DNA of 64,000 nucleotides from positions 48,734,001-48,798,000 of the forward strand of contig NC_045696.1 in NCBI RefSeq assembly GCF_009834535.1, written 5' to 3'. This DNA is from Camelus ferus. Taxonomy: Eukaryota. Positions 25,075 through 38,609 of this stretch are shown here, piece by piece. The notes beneath the pieces are model-generated. The model had not been told where the DNA came from and did not search any database. It saw only the letters and a program-made list of their open reading frames with translations. Position numbers and translations under genes: made by a program. Numbering within the stretch: the first letter of the stretch is position 1; every line of letters begins with the position of its first letter.

Positions 25075-25900
25075 ACTTTACAATTTTAAATGTGAAATAG
25101 TTCAAACATGCACAAAAGCACAGAAAATAATATAATGGATATCTATATGTTGAAAACTCAGATTTATCAAATGTTAGCATTTTGCCATATTTCTTCCAGA
25201 TCACTCTTTTAAAATAGTAAAATATTAGCTGTGACTTCACCCTCTATTCCTTCTCCCTCTTTTTCTAGAGGTAACCACTACTCTGAGGGTGTCGATCAGT
25301 TTCAAGTATGTATCTTTTTCGTATGTATACTATCATTTATATATTTTTAATTTACATAAACATTATCACACAAAAGGTAAAATATCCTTTTATCACTCAA
25401 CCCATATAGGTATATAGCTCTAGCTACATGAGTCTCTGGTTGATTCATTTTAATTACTAAGTAGCGTTCTACCTTATCAATTAAAACTACACTTTTTCAT
25501 TCCCTTATTAAGAGGTGATTGGGTGGGTTGTTTTCATTTTTCTTCCATTACAAAAATACTACAAAGATCCTTCTGCACACTGGGAGGACTTTTCTAGAAT
25601 AGATACCTAGATATCCACGACTCTAGCTATTAAGTATACTCCATGGGCATCTTCAGCTCTACTAGGCTCTAACAAACTGCTTTCCAAAGTTTTGGTAACA
25701 AGTCAGTCTCCTACCAACGAGACTATTTTTATTTTTCCACACCCTTACCATATTATTAGACTCTTAAATTTTACCAACTGCAACTGTATGAAATGGTATC
25801 CAATTGTTTTTAATTTACGCTGCCCTGATTATTAGAGGAAGCAAACATCTTTGGAAAGTTCTCTTATTGGTACGTTTTACATCTTTTGTTTGTTGTGTTG
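25075..25900 (-). mobile_element. Old L1M (L1ME/L1MC-type) 3' region
   Basis: ttcaaacatgcacaaaagcacagaaaataatataatgg ... agaggtaaccactactctgag ... gaaatggtatccaattgtttttaatttac. Confidence 0.7.
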
Positions 25901-28049
25901 AAGTTGTGCGTTGGGGTAAAGGCACAAGAAAGCACCAGTAAGTTGCAAAAATAAGTGGTCCCTCCCTACCTAGCTATCTACCTAGTTATAGCCTGGACTC
26001 ACAGTAGTTGCAACCACCTCAACAATAGCATTTATAAACAGAAAAATAATCTGTGATCGCCTTCTGTGACTCTGTTGAGTTCGTATTACAGCATCCACTC
26101 TCATAATTCTCACGCACTTATCCTGCTCTTAAAATAACTGGCAACCGCAGAGAAAAACAAAATCATAAAATAAGAATAACTTGAAATAATGTGATATATA
26201 TTTCTCTCAAAATTGAGATGAATGAGTAAACTCCCATATGCCTAACTGGGATCAAATGTCCCTTTGAATATTTAAGTGAGTTATGACTCTGAAAAATTCA
26301 ATTAACGAGCAACAACTAAAGTACAAAGAAGGCCAGCATGGACAAAGTCTGTCAGCTACTTCAGAGACAGGAAGACTAACATGACTAAGAAATAGCTTCT
26401 TATTTTTAATTAAAGTACCATCAATCATATAAGATTTTACTGTGGGTCATCTTTCTAGAACAAATCCTCCACTATGTCTCGTGAAAAATTGAAAATGAAA
26501 AAATCTTCATTTCTCTATTCACTGTAATTACATTTGGTATCAATTACCATAGACTTTGTGGATACCTTGGGTGGGATGTTTCAAACAAGCACAATTACTA
26601 TGACAGCTTTGCATTTTATGACATTTCGTATTTTTCCCTGATTTATATGCTTTTAGGTTATCCATTAACATGCTTTGTTGCATTTCATATAAAATGAAAT
26701 GGGATCAATGTGCATCTTAAACTCATTATGCTGATATTACAGATGCAAATTGCCTGCTACCTACAGAGTAGTTAAATATCATCCTGCAGTTTCCTGTTAC
26801 TTATGAACAATTTAGAAATAACATCTGCAATTTTAAATATGTTTCCTTTGTCTACTCAACCCTGCAGCGCTCCCAAATACAAGACATATTTTGGAGAAAG
26901 ATTTGCAAAGTCAAACAGACTATGATCCCATAGCTTATCAGGAGTTATTGACAATTGACAGCTTTTATTGAGTTAAAAACAAACATGCATAGTCACTCGT
27001 TTTCCAGTTGAAATACTAGGAAATTATGAATCACTTTATTGTGCATCTAGCATTCCCATCTGTCTGTTGAAGGGTCAACACAAACACTTTGCTGTCCACA
27101 GACAGGAGCCGCACTTTTGGAGAAGTGGCGTTCAGTCTTCAGAGCGTCTCCTGACAAAGCGGCAAACACTATCTCTGGGATGCCAAAGCCATGCTTTGTA
27201 AAGCTTCTCCCACCAGCAGCATCACAAAATGGTGCCAATCAGGAAATGAATACCCAGTTTGGCCTCAGTGTGTGACAGCATTTCCAGGACAACATAGGCT
27301 TCAAAAGTGGAATTAGAGGACCTATTCCTGCTTGAAAATGTCATGGCGGATGTCTGAACAACTAGTATGAGGGACATACTCTTTCTAGTCTTAATCATCA
27401 GAGAAAAAGTTTGATCTCTTTGCATCTCTTGGCCTCACTCTTTCCAAAGACTAGACTCAGAGTTCAATTATGATTTCTTTTCTCCTCTGTAGGCTTGAGA
27501 CTTAATTTGGTTTCTCAGTGAAAGAGAATTTAAAGCTGCTTTGATTTTTGTTTTTTTCATCTCTGCTCCCTTATTTCTTCTGTACACATCCACCACTTGC
27601 CTATTTTTGCAAACTCCTTCCTGGATCTCATCTCCTGACTGTGTGTGAACTTGTGAACTTTCCAAAGCAGCAATTAGCTAATCTGATAAGCCTATCCATG
27701 CCTTTGTTCCAATGGAAGGAGAGCAAAGAAGATACTTACTCATGACCGTATTTCAAGGCTCCTTTGTGTATTTCTTTCCAGTTGTCCAAATAGCTAACTT
27801 TAATTGGAAATTTCAGGCTAGAAGGAAGAAAAAGACAGTGACAGAGTGGTTTGAAAATACAAGAGAAGGTGATATTTTTAGATAGATTGGGCCTCAAACA
27901 CAGTATATGAGATCCTTTTATGTCTTTAACTGCAGTGTATGTAACAGTGGTCCCACATAGAATGACAATTCAGACTGCATTATCCATTTATTTCATCATG
28001 ATGAAAATTTTTAATTTAAATTTACAAAGTGAAATATTAATACAGACAT

Positions 28050-28463
28050 TGTATTAGTTTCCCAGGGATCCTGACAAAACATCCCAGACTGGGTGACTTT
28101 AACAATAGAAATGTATTTTCTCACAGTTCTGGAGGCTAAAGTCCGAGATCAAGGTGCCAGCAGGTTTGGTTTCTTCTGAGGGGTCCCTCTCCTTCGCTTG
28201 CATATGGCCACCTTCTCAGTGTCCTCATGTGGCCTTTCCTCTGTGTTTGAATTTCTGGTGTCTCTTTGTGTCCAAATTTCATCGTTTTATAAGGATACCA
28301 GTCAGATTGGCCTAGGACCCATTCTAAAGGCCCAATTTTAACTCAGAAACCTCTTTAAATGTCCTATCTCCAAATACAATCACATTGTGAGATACTGGAG
28401 GTTAGAGTTTCAGTATACAAATTCAATATACAAATTTCAATATATACAATTCAGCCCACAAGA
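28050..28463 (-). mobile_element. MaLR LTR (MLT1B-like), solo and complete
   Basis: Runs from tgtattagtttcccaggg through ttctcacagttctggaggctaaagtccgagatcaaggtg to acaattcagcccacaaga. Flanks gacat and gacct are a 4/5 TSD match. Confidence 0.88.
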
Positions 28464-28949
28464 GACCTGAATATTTTTATGCTTAAGCTCAAAATGTTCT
28501 AAGAGTCATTTTGAAAAAACGGAGTGTGTGCATAGCATCATAAGACAGTTCTGAATTCTGGTCATTCTTGCCTGAAGAGTACAGTCAGTCCAGCTGATAA
28601 TGAGAAGTGCTTGGTCTAAGTACTGTCACCCCTCTGTCTCACCAGTCTGACTGGCAGTAGTAGCTGATTAAAGCATTCTCAGTCCAGAGATGATTCCTGA
28701 GTCCTCTCACCATAACTTTCTAGGCTATTGTTAATAATCAGTAAGAGTTGGTACGTAAAAAGAAGTTCATTTCCCTCCTCAATTCATACCTGAAGCTGTA
28801 TGATATAAAATAAAAAAAATAATAATATAGACGTATTTTCGTTAATAGATTGGTATTTTCCTTCATATTTAGACACTATTCTATTAACACAACCTATGAT
28901 TACAATTGCTTAGTGTTTTCCAAAGATGGCACGATAGGCATTTCATACG

Positions 28950-29085
28950 GAACAAGTCTTTCTTTCTTCCACACTATCTACTACTAAATGTATGCAATGT
29001 CCCCAATCATTGTGACAACCCAAATGTCCCTTCACATATCTAAATATTCCCTGAGGTAGATTCTGCTACCAGTTTTAAAACGCAG
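28950..29085 (+). mobile_element. MER20-like hAT fragment
   Basis: cattgtgacaacccaaatgtcccttcacatatctaaatattccctgagg resembles the MER20 3' half. Confidence 0.55.
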
Positions 29086-29224
29086 AGTGAAGCAGGCACA
29101 TAACCTTAATGGAATAACATCATCTAAAATCCTTTAGTATTTTTTCAGCAATAGTGCCTCTCAACTTGCTATGCTTATTTACAGGGTCTTGGTGTGCCTG
29201 TTGAATTTCATCTTGTTGATGTGC

Positions 29225-29745
29225 CCATGTGTACCACAATTTGAAGTTTACCCCTTGGTCTTGTATTTTTATTTCCAAGAACTTAAAAATATATACTGGC
29301 AAGGACATGTAGATGAATATAAATAGATGTTTATAAAAGCATTCTCTATATTGACAAGATATGTCAAACTACTAAATATTAGTAGGAGGAGATTGTCAAT
29401 TAAATTATGGTATATCTACCTAATGGAACATTATGTAGCCATCAACATGATGAGTGAGATAAAAATATATTAACATGGAAAGATAACAATAACTAAGAAA
29501 ACAATAAAATAAAAATGATATTTAATATCATCCTTATATTACAAAGTTTGTGTGTACATAAGTATGTATAAAATTTAAGAATATATCAAGTTTTATAATT
29601 GATAGTTTCAAAATACTAGAGTAAATTTCAGTTAATATATATTTAAACTTAATATATGTGTGTGTATAACACCTAGCATACAACTTTTTTATGTGGCTCT
29701 AATCTTTTGGCAATGAATGTGTATTACTTTTATAGTTATAAATTT
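29225..29745 (+). mobile_element. Old L1ME 3' end
   Basis: taaattatggtatatctacctaatggaacattatgtagccatcaa ... aatgaatgtgtattacttttata. Confidence 0.6.
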
Positions 29746-29892
29746 TTTTTCAAAATTTACCTTATCCCATTTAATCCAAAATTTCTCCCTAAGATCTATG
29801 TATAGAAAGTCTCCAAATTTTTACTTGAATTTTGGGCAAAAAGACTCAACTACACAGGACTAAGGAGGAGCTTCATCTAAGCCTCTAGAGAC

Positions 29893-29950
29893 ATTCATTT
29901 ATTAATTATTATTATTAATTATTTTTAATTATTCATTATTAATTTATTAA
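29893..29950. repeat. (ATT)n-like AT-rich low-complexity tract
   Basis: attcatttattaattattattattattaattatttttaattattcattatt. Confidence 0.8.
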
Positions 29951-30079
29951 AATCCTTCTGATAAAGTTAATCTGAACTTTGGTCCACAGGCATATCAAAA
30001 GAAATTTTGTGTCAAAATTTCCGAAATGGATATTAACTGTATTGTTTTTATTCATTTGGAGTCGTAATTAGGAAATGTC

Positions 30080-30185
30080 AAAGAAGAAGGAGGAGGAGGA
30101 GGAGGAGGGAAGAGAGGAGGGAAAGAAGAAAGGAAAGGAGAAAGGGAGGGAGAAAGAAAGAAACACAAAGAGAAAGACAGAAAAA
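30080..30185. repeat. (GGA)n / GA-rich tract
   Basis: agaagaaggaggaggaggaggaggaggaggg... Confidence 0.85.
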
Positions 30186-30469
30186 TTTATTTGATTTTTA
30201 AACCCAAGCTGATCCTAATAACCTTCATGACCTGCTCAAGAATCTTTTTGTGCCCTCTAATATGCCTCTCAACAGCATCATGCTCTTTTTTACCTTCAGA
30301 CCTTGCCCTATGTCATCTTTTCCTTCTGAAAAGCTCTCTCTGTCCCCTTCCCCCAATTTGTCCTGCCTCCCTCTCCCCACCCCATCCCCACTCTCCTCTC
30401 TTAATATCTTAGTGAGTCTTCTCATAAGAGATTAAAATCTTCCTCCTGCTTCAGGCTCTTTTGAATTCC

Positions 30470-30640
30470 ACTTTGTATTATTTGTATTAATTGCTATTTC
30501 CATGTATGTAATCACCACTGGATTATAAACTCTTTAAAGTTATGAAGTTTCCTGTTTATTTCTGTATCCTCAACACCTAATACCATGTCGGGCACATCTG
30601 AGTTCAATAAATGATTACTTAATGACTGAATTAAGAATTA
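30470..30640 (+). mobile_element. L2 3' terminus
   Basis: ctggattataaactcttt...tctgtatcctcaacacctaataccatgtcgggcacat...tcaataaatgattacttaatgactgaa. Confidence 0.65.
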
Positions 30641-33547
30641 ATCAATCAGTATATTACTCATGGTAGACATCAAAGTCACTAGCAGTCTGGGGTTTATGGA
30701 ACCTTTCAACTTCCCGTTTTTGTATACTAAAATCACATCTGCTTGTTTGCAAACTTCTGGAACCTTGTTCATCTTCTAAGAACCCTTCCAATCCAGTGGA
30801 GCCTGCAGCCTTGAATTTACTTAAAGAACCCAAAGGCTCTTCCATTTTTTCTGGCCTCAGTTCCATTTTACCAGTGTTTCTTCATATGTTTTTTATTCTG
30901 TAGAAAATCTAACTTGAAATTCATGTTTAATCATGAAAATCATGAAAATCATTGCTGTAATTTAAATATGAAATGAATCTTTGATTTTGATTTTTTAAAA
31001 GCAAAGTGATTTAGAATTAATGAACACAAATACTTTGAAAATTAGCATTTTGGAAAACAAAAGCAATTTGGCAAAGAAATCTATGAACTAACCCCCGGTA
31101 AATGTTGACCAGAAGTACTTAAATGATAATAGTTATAATCAGAATCTTGAAAGTAACCAAGTCTGGCCTCTCTTCTCACGTTTAAAAGCTCTCAACTGTA
31201 AAATTCATTACAGACTGTGAAATTACAATTGTTTTCTAGCAGGAGTGAGCATTAATAGTGCTTATGACCAATTCCTAATTTAAATGGAATTTTAAAGATC
31301 TACCTCTGATTCATGGTATACAAAGAAAAACAGGCACACCAAACTGAAGTTGTGTTATACACATTTTTCTGGCTCACAAACACTAGATTTTCTCGAATAA
31401 TTTATTTAATATGCCAACATTGAATAAGTATCAACCATTTTATTGCCCAGAGGTTGTAAAAGGGGCTTGTTTGACACTAGCTCTCTTTGCCCTCACAATT
31501 CCAAAGACTTTTTCAAACGAGATAATCTGCATAAAGAGATGCTGGAAAGGAGCATGTGGTGCAGAGGCGAGTACAAGGTCATACTAATCACTCTCTGGAA
31601 AAAGGTAGAAAGAGCAAAAGGGAAAAAAAGATGACAAAAATTTTAGAAACAGTCTTTTAATATAGACAAAAATAATTCATTTCCAAAGGCATGTTATTTA
31701 CCACTCTGACTAGTTGGGAAGATCAAATCCCTAAATTCTGGTCCATAAATCATGGTATATACATCTTTGTAATTTACCCATATAGTTCAGTTTGTTCTGA
31801 AACACAGATGTGTAAAATCCCCTCAGAACAGACCTGAAGAGTGAATACTTTCTTCTGTGGAACATGAAAAGAATTCCAGAGAGGTTTCTGTGACCTGGAG
31901 AGCTACAAGTCTCTCTTTCACTCCTGCACTGGCAAGCTCGTAGGGTCCATAACAAAGAAAAATATTCTAAAAGCAACCAAAAATATGAATTTAACAGGAT
32001 CACAATGGGATCATTTTTTAGTTCTTTGAAAAATTTTTAAATAAAAGAATAATTAGTCGAGGTTATGACTATAATTTTCAATTTAAAACTTTTCTCTATT
32101 TTTATAACTTTTCACAATCTGCAGGCAGTATGTTTGCAATTGCAAAGAAAAAATGTTTCGCTACGGTTGTTGAGGGTGAGGTGGTGCAGTTAGGCTGGAG
32201 TGCAAAAGAGTAAATGTAGATTATTGAAAATATTTGCAATAAATCACACTAAAGATTGTTTTAAAATAGAGTCACAAGGAGATAAGGGAAGGGAAAAGGT
32301 CATTTGGTCAGAAAAGAAGTGACTTTTAAGAAGCAAATTACTGGTAAGGATAATTGATTACTTCTATCTATGGCAAAGGGTAAAGAGTGGGGTTCGTCAT
32401 GAATAATTCCGGGAACGTTTTTAATCTAACATCTTCTAAATGATCTGAAGTAGGAGTGCAGAGTGAAATCTTGCAGTTTGGGAGCACAAGGCTCTTACGG
32501 AGTGTGAAGTGGCAAGTGAATGAAGATAACTGAGGTAATTTCCTCAGTCTGTGCGCATAGACAGAACAGCAGACAGAGCGCTTTGAAGGTGGAGATTGTG
32601 TAGCTTCATTCATTTCTGAATCTCTAGCCCCTATCAGAGTATGGACCCCAATATTTTTGTGTGGAAAGGGGAAGACAAATTTGTAAGATGGACAATTTAA
32701 AAGTTAAGAAGTCAAGAACGAATCTAAGACTCATGTACAAACTGAAGAACGGTCAGCTGTTATTCACAATCTTGCTAAGGGAAGTGGGAATGGATGACAG
32801 AAGTCAGCTCAATGTGCCCCGGGGACCAAGAAAGCAACAAAATCAATTCAGTTCGATTCAGCAAACATTACGGAACCCATAAAAAGACGCAGGCACAGAT
32901 AGACATGAGGCAAAAGGAGGCAAAGAGGACTGGATTAAATCATTCCACTCCCAATTGCACATAACTGAACTCATTACAACTCTAATTTTCGTTAGCTCTT
33001 GGTACTTAGTATATGCTGTGATAAATCCCTATACTTGTAGTAAAGCGACTTAAGCCAAGACAATGACCTAAATATGTGTTGCTACAGAGACATTAGAACA
33101 AGTGATAGAGTTGAAAGACTGTTTCCAAGAATGAAGCCCTGGAGGATTTGAGTGGTGCCAGCTGAAGCGACAGCAGGGGAGAAGGCTACTGCTTCTCCGT
33201 CAGTGAGCATTTGGCTTGTATTATTAAGTCTCTGTCATGTACCCAGTACTGAGGACATGAAAGTAGAAGCACTAAAGGATTATCAAAAATTCGTCTAATT
33301 AAAAAACGTGCCAGAACTTTCTGTATAACAAATGTCTAATCCAATCCACGTCAGTCACCTATGATAAGGAGGGAAAGGATAAAAGGAAAGGAGAGGCTCC
33401 AAATGGAAGAGAAGCTGTGGAACATCTGATGATGCTTCTAATGCAGAGAATATTTTTATAATTTTCTGTGGAAACTGCCTTCTGTGGTGGTAGATATTGT
33501 TTGAGTATTATCAGCCAGGGCAGGCTCTCTTCACTTGAGGAGGTACA

Positions 33548-34200
33548 TTTATTATTTAAACATTTAATGGAAAAATTCAAACATAAACAGAAGAGGAGAG
33601 AATAGTATAATAAATCACCATGTACCTATCAGTCAGCTGTAACAATTATAAACCCATAGCCAATCGTGCTTCATATGCTGTTGACCCATCTCTTCAACCT
33701 TATTTTGAATACAATTCTAGGCATCATATCATTTCATTTCTAATTTTTTACAGTTTTTTGAATCACTAAAAGATAAGGACTATTTTAAAAGATATAACCA
33801 CAGTACCATTTTAGTAATGTAAATAGTATAACAATTCTTTAATATCATTAACTGTTTACTCAGTGTTCAAATTACCTATATTGTTTCATTTTTTATAGCT
33901 TGTTTATTCAAATCAAGATTCCAAAAGATCTATACATTGGAAATAGTTCATATGTTTCCTAAGATTTTTTAAAAGTTCTTTGTTTTATAGTTTCTATCAC
34001 CATCACCTTTTATTTTTTCATTGCAAATTATTTTTGGAAAAATTCGGACTTTTTTTGTCCTGAGACTTTTTCAGGTTGGATGTTGTAGATTGTATTCCTA
34101 TGGCAACATTTAACACTTTTTTTTCTGTCCCTTTGATTTCCTGTAAATTGACAATTAGTTTTAGGGGCTTTAGCAGATTTAGGTTCAACTTTTAGAAAGA
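33548..34200 (-). mobile_element. L1MC4/L1MC5-type 3' end
   Basis: ttcaaacataaacagaagaggagagaatagtataataaatcaccatgtacc ... ttattttgaatacaattctaggcatcatatcatttca ... ctaaaagataaggact. Confidence 0.75.
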
Positions 34201-34364
34201 AAAGTATTTGAGGGATATATTTATTTTAAAGAAATACCCAAAGGTCTTTCAGAGTCCAATGCAATCAGAAAGATGGTTGTTCACTTCATAACATTTTAAG
34301 GGTGTATTTTAGAAGAAATGTAATGCGAAGATAAAAAGATTTATTTGTTTATATTCACTTTACT

Positions 34365-34535
34365 CAAAATGGCTCTACAGGCAATTCCAAGAACTGCAAA
34401 AACTTCTTTTTAAGCAATAGTGATAATATTGAAATAAACAGAAAATGGTCCCAGGGCAACGCTAACTTTTTGTGAAGTATGCAGCTCCCTGTATGTCTGA
34501 GAAATTAGTTCTTATTGCTTTTGCTTTAATATGTT
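34365..34535 (+). mobile_element. MARNA-like (mariner) 3' fragment
   Basis: ggctctacaggcaattccaagaa...ttttaagcaatagtgataatattgaaataaa...tcccaggg resembles the recalled MARNA 3' region. Confidence 0.45.
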
Positions 34536-35644
34536 TTGTGACTCTGACTCTAGAGCTCAAAGCCTTGTTGGCAACACACATTAAATACAATAAAACAAAG
34601 AATACAAACTAATGCATGATAAATGACTGTAAAATGTGTTTGGAAGATAATTCTCACCAAAAAAAAAGAGAGTATTTTCTACATTTTGGAAATAAAAGAT
34701 ACTATACAAAGCTTGATGAGCCAAACTTGAAAAGGTATAGCCAATGGCAGGAAGAGATATTTAAGGTCAGAGTTATTCGATGATTCGAGAGAAAAAGAAC
34801 GATTGAAAGGAAAAAAGCCACTAAAACTATTTGATTTCCAAAAATTCAAGGAATATACAAATATTTAGACAAGTTACACCTGCACTTGATTTTAGATTTC
34901 TGGAGGACAGACTGCAAACACGTGCAGTTGTGTTTTGTTGAATGTAGTGAAATCAACAGTAAATATGGTTGTATTGGCTAGGAATAAACAAATTAGTTGT
35001 GATTTTAATAATTTACAAAAATATTAGGAAATAGTAGGTTATACGGATAGAATACAGTCTTCTACATTAATAGAATCAAGAGTGTGCAGTGTGTTTATAG
35101 GGAGTTATCAGTGGACAAAGCTGATCAAAAAACATTCAACAAAACTTCTCATCCAAGAACATTTCTCTATTGAGATTTTTACTTAGGAATTTTCACATAA
35201 CACATTCTGCGCATAACAAGATATGCCTTAATGAGACATGCTGATCAACGGAATCCAAAATTTACTGTATGGCAAAATATCATATGATTGTACAATGAGA
35301 CTCAGCATGGTGAGATGTGATCCAGCAATGAGTTCACTGTAACTCGAAAATTGCTTAATGACCATTTTGTGTGGACAGAATACAAAGCATGTTTGTGCCA
35401 CCCCATCTCCCTTTCTCATTATGGGTCTCATTATGGGTCTATGAGAAAAAGCTGGATTTTGTTCACAGATCATCACCTTAAATTGGACTGTGGAGCAGTA
35501 AGAACTCAGTATTAACCTACAGTAATCATGGCTTTTAAAACGTGTGTGTCTGTACTTGTGTGTGTATGTCTGTATATTTACTTGAGACAAAACAGTGACT
35601 AATAAGTTTTGAGTACCTTAGGAATTTACCTAAACTTTTGTCTC

Positions 35645-36300
35645 AAAACATCTAAGTACCTCAGGGATCGGTCCTCTGGATCTTTTCTTTACCTTGGTCA
35701 TCTTACTCAGTCTAGTAACTTTAAATCCCATTCATATGTCAAAGACTCTCAAATTTAGACTTCCGGCCCAGATTTTCCCTCAGAATGTAGTCTTATGTTT
35801 CCAACTGCCTCTTCAGCACCTTGGCTAAGGTGTCAAATGGGCATCTCAAATGCAACATGTCCCAAAATGCATTCCTGGTTTCCAACCCCCCCGTTCCCCC
35901 AACAGTCATCTCCGCCTATTAAATGTGATGCCGTCTTTCCAGTTTCTCAGACAGGAGCAGGAGAATCAGCCTCGACTCTTCTTTTCCCCTCAGACTCCAA
36001 ATCCAATCTCTCAGCAAATCCTGTTGGTCCTAGTTTCAAAATAAGTTTAGAACTGACTACTTCTTTCCATTTCCTGGGCCCTGGTTTGTAGCCACCCAGT
36101 TCCAAACCATTGTCATCTCTTTCCTGGATTAATGCAGGAGCCTTCTGGCTGGTCTCCCTGCTTCAAACTTTGGCCACCATCCCACCCACCTCGTTTCAGT
36201 CTGTCCTCAGCCCAGTAGCCAGAGAGAGCCTTTTAAGCCTAAGTCATGGCATCAAACTCTTCTGCTCAAACCACTTTTGATCTTACCCAGAGCAAAATCA
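35645..36300 (+). mobile_element. L2 ORF2 (RT to 3' region)
   Basis: gtacctcagggatcggtcctc (the PQGSVL motif region), then atatgtcaaagactctcaaattta (YADDSQI region), gggcatctcaaatgcaacatgtcc, and agcaaatcctgttggtcct. Confidence 0.8.
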
Positions 36301-36304
36301 CCCT

Positions 36305-36645
36305 GGAGGAGTGAGAAAAACAAATGGGATCAGAGAGGAGGTGGAGTAGGGAGTAGGTTACAGGGGTCCTGAATCTTTCCTGGGAGTTTAGGATTTGACT
36401 GTGGGAGAAGGGGAAGCTCTGTGGTGTTCGGAGTAGATGGTACTTTGTATGTCAGATGGGGATAGCTACTCTCAGAAAACATACAGCAGGGAAACGGGGC
36501 AGAGGTAGTGCTGGCGGGAGGCACCAGCTGTAATAATACACTGAGTGGGTCAGAAATGCCCTTGAAACCCATGAGGAAGCAAGTTGTATGCAGACCTGGG
36601 GGGATTGTTCCAGGCAGGAAAAACAGCAAATATCCAGGCTCTGAT
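36305..36645 (-). mobile_element. L2 3' fragments, antisense
   Basis: ttccaggcaggaaaaacagcaaatatccaggctctg is the reverse complement of an L2 3' motif. Confidence 0.55.
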
Positions 36646-38609
36646 TTACGGCTTACTTATTCAAATAAATTTTAAAAAGTGTAATGTTTCTTGAAACCAA
36701 CCACAAATCATAATCTCCGGCCCCCTCAGAATGTATGTTTCATGAGATTTTGGGATTTTTAAATTTTCTTTTTCACTTGCATATCTCCAGATTCTAAAAA
36801 AAAAAAAACTTCACGTGATATACATTTAATAACAACTTGTTGAATAAATGAATAGATAACTCTAAAGTAAGGTGTAATTACATACACTGATGTAAACTTG
36901 AAAATTATTTTCAGTGGCCTGATTCCATAATTAATAAAGTCCCAACATATTGCAGAATCCACTGGTTTTTACATGGCATGAGCTAAAAAGAACAGAGAAT
37001 TCTGTGAGTGCATGTAAAAGAATCTTTTCCTGACCTCCACAGTCCCCCCAGTGTGGATAAGGCTCCCCTTCTCTGTGCGGTGGTTACACTCTCTGTTACA
37101 CTTCTCTTAACACGCCTTAGACTGAATATATTTGTCTCCATTACCACTGTTGAGGTTTTAGGGTTTAATAAATAATCCTTCCTTGCCCAAGAAAGATAGA
37201 TAGACACGGGAATCAAACAGAGATTTTTAAATATCGGTTTTAGTAGTGACTTCTAAAAAAGAAAAAAAAAACACTTAAATGAAGGATATGGCTGAGGTAT
37301 ATGAGCAAATGGTGATGATAAAAATATACCACCGAGCTAGATGTATCTACTACTCACTCTACTACTCGTCACAGATGGACAACCAATTCCTTCTGCCTGC
37401 ATGGAACGTGTCCCTTTTTCTGCAGGACAGAGAGCAGATCTTGCTTCCTGCAGACAGAAAGACTCCAGTCTGAGTGGTTCCATGAGGGAGAAGCCAGGCA
37501 TGGGCAGTACCCACTCCGAAACTCCGCTTCAGACAAACCAGCGAAACTCCTCTGGGAAGGAGTGGTAAAGGGGTAGAGAAAACACAAGATCGACAGTTCT
37601 TCTCTACTTGGAAACATGAAATGTAAGGGAAAGTTGACCCATCCAGTCTCCAACACCCAATGAACCATAAATCATGAATGTATGTCTGTGTATTCTTCAT
37701 TTAATCCCCAGTGCTTAACACAAAAACTGGAGTACAGAAAATTAAAAAAAAAAAAGACCCACAAATATTAGATAAACTAAATTGCTGAAATATCATATAA
37801 AGGATCTAATACTATCCCTCCTTCAAAAAATAAATAAATAAATAAATAAACCAACCAAAATCATCCAGAGGAGGCAGAATAGATAAAATAACTGCTTACG
37901 CTTCTTGCTTGCTTTCTTACTGGGCCCAGTAAAAACTGCCAGAGCTTACTTTTATGTCTGGTTAAAAATTAATCACTACTATAGGATTTCTCATTCATGC
38001 AGAACAACCACACAGAGAACAATATCAATGATAAGTCTTCTGATCTGGCTAAGTGGGAGCCAAGGACTGATCAGAGGGTAAGGAACGGGCCTGATGTGAT
38101 GGGCTATCAGGGTAATTCAACACAGCACAGATAAAAGGGATGTCCATCCAACTGAGGAGCCGTTCCAAAGAATCCAAGCAGAGATACAAGTCCAATTTCA
38201 AGGCAACAATTTAGAAGCTAGGAATACTAGAACAGAGCACAAGAGGGTAGGCAAGAAGAAGACACTGCCTGACGAGATTCCCACACAGATAATCCAGGTA
38301 GTTGGTGTTTACGACTTTGACCTTTCAAATCCTTACTATCATAATCAGCAAAGATTTAGATCCATGTTTACTTGCTCCTGCGTGAGCGGGGATCACGAAA
38401 AAGAAAATCCACAAAGAAGCAGCACATTGCGATAGGCATGATTACTGACACCCTGGGAATCGTTAGCCATGTTTATGTGAGAATCCCTTCTACCATATGG
38501 GATCTTATTTATGACAGGATGGCGGGGGGTGAGCTACCTTTTTTGAGTTTTATTTTTAGTCTCAAGCATTTCTAATTCAAAGAATCTTGAGAAATAATTA
38601 AATGATCAT

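Noticed and set aside
26930..26951. tagcttatcaggagttattga resembles mature miR-21 (first 11 nt identical)
   Set aside because: The 3' half diverges and there is no pre-miR-21-like hairpin, only weak local pairing. Most likely a chance match.
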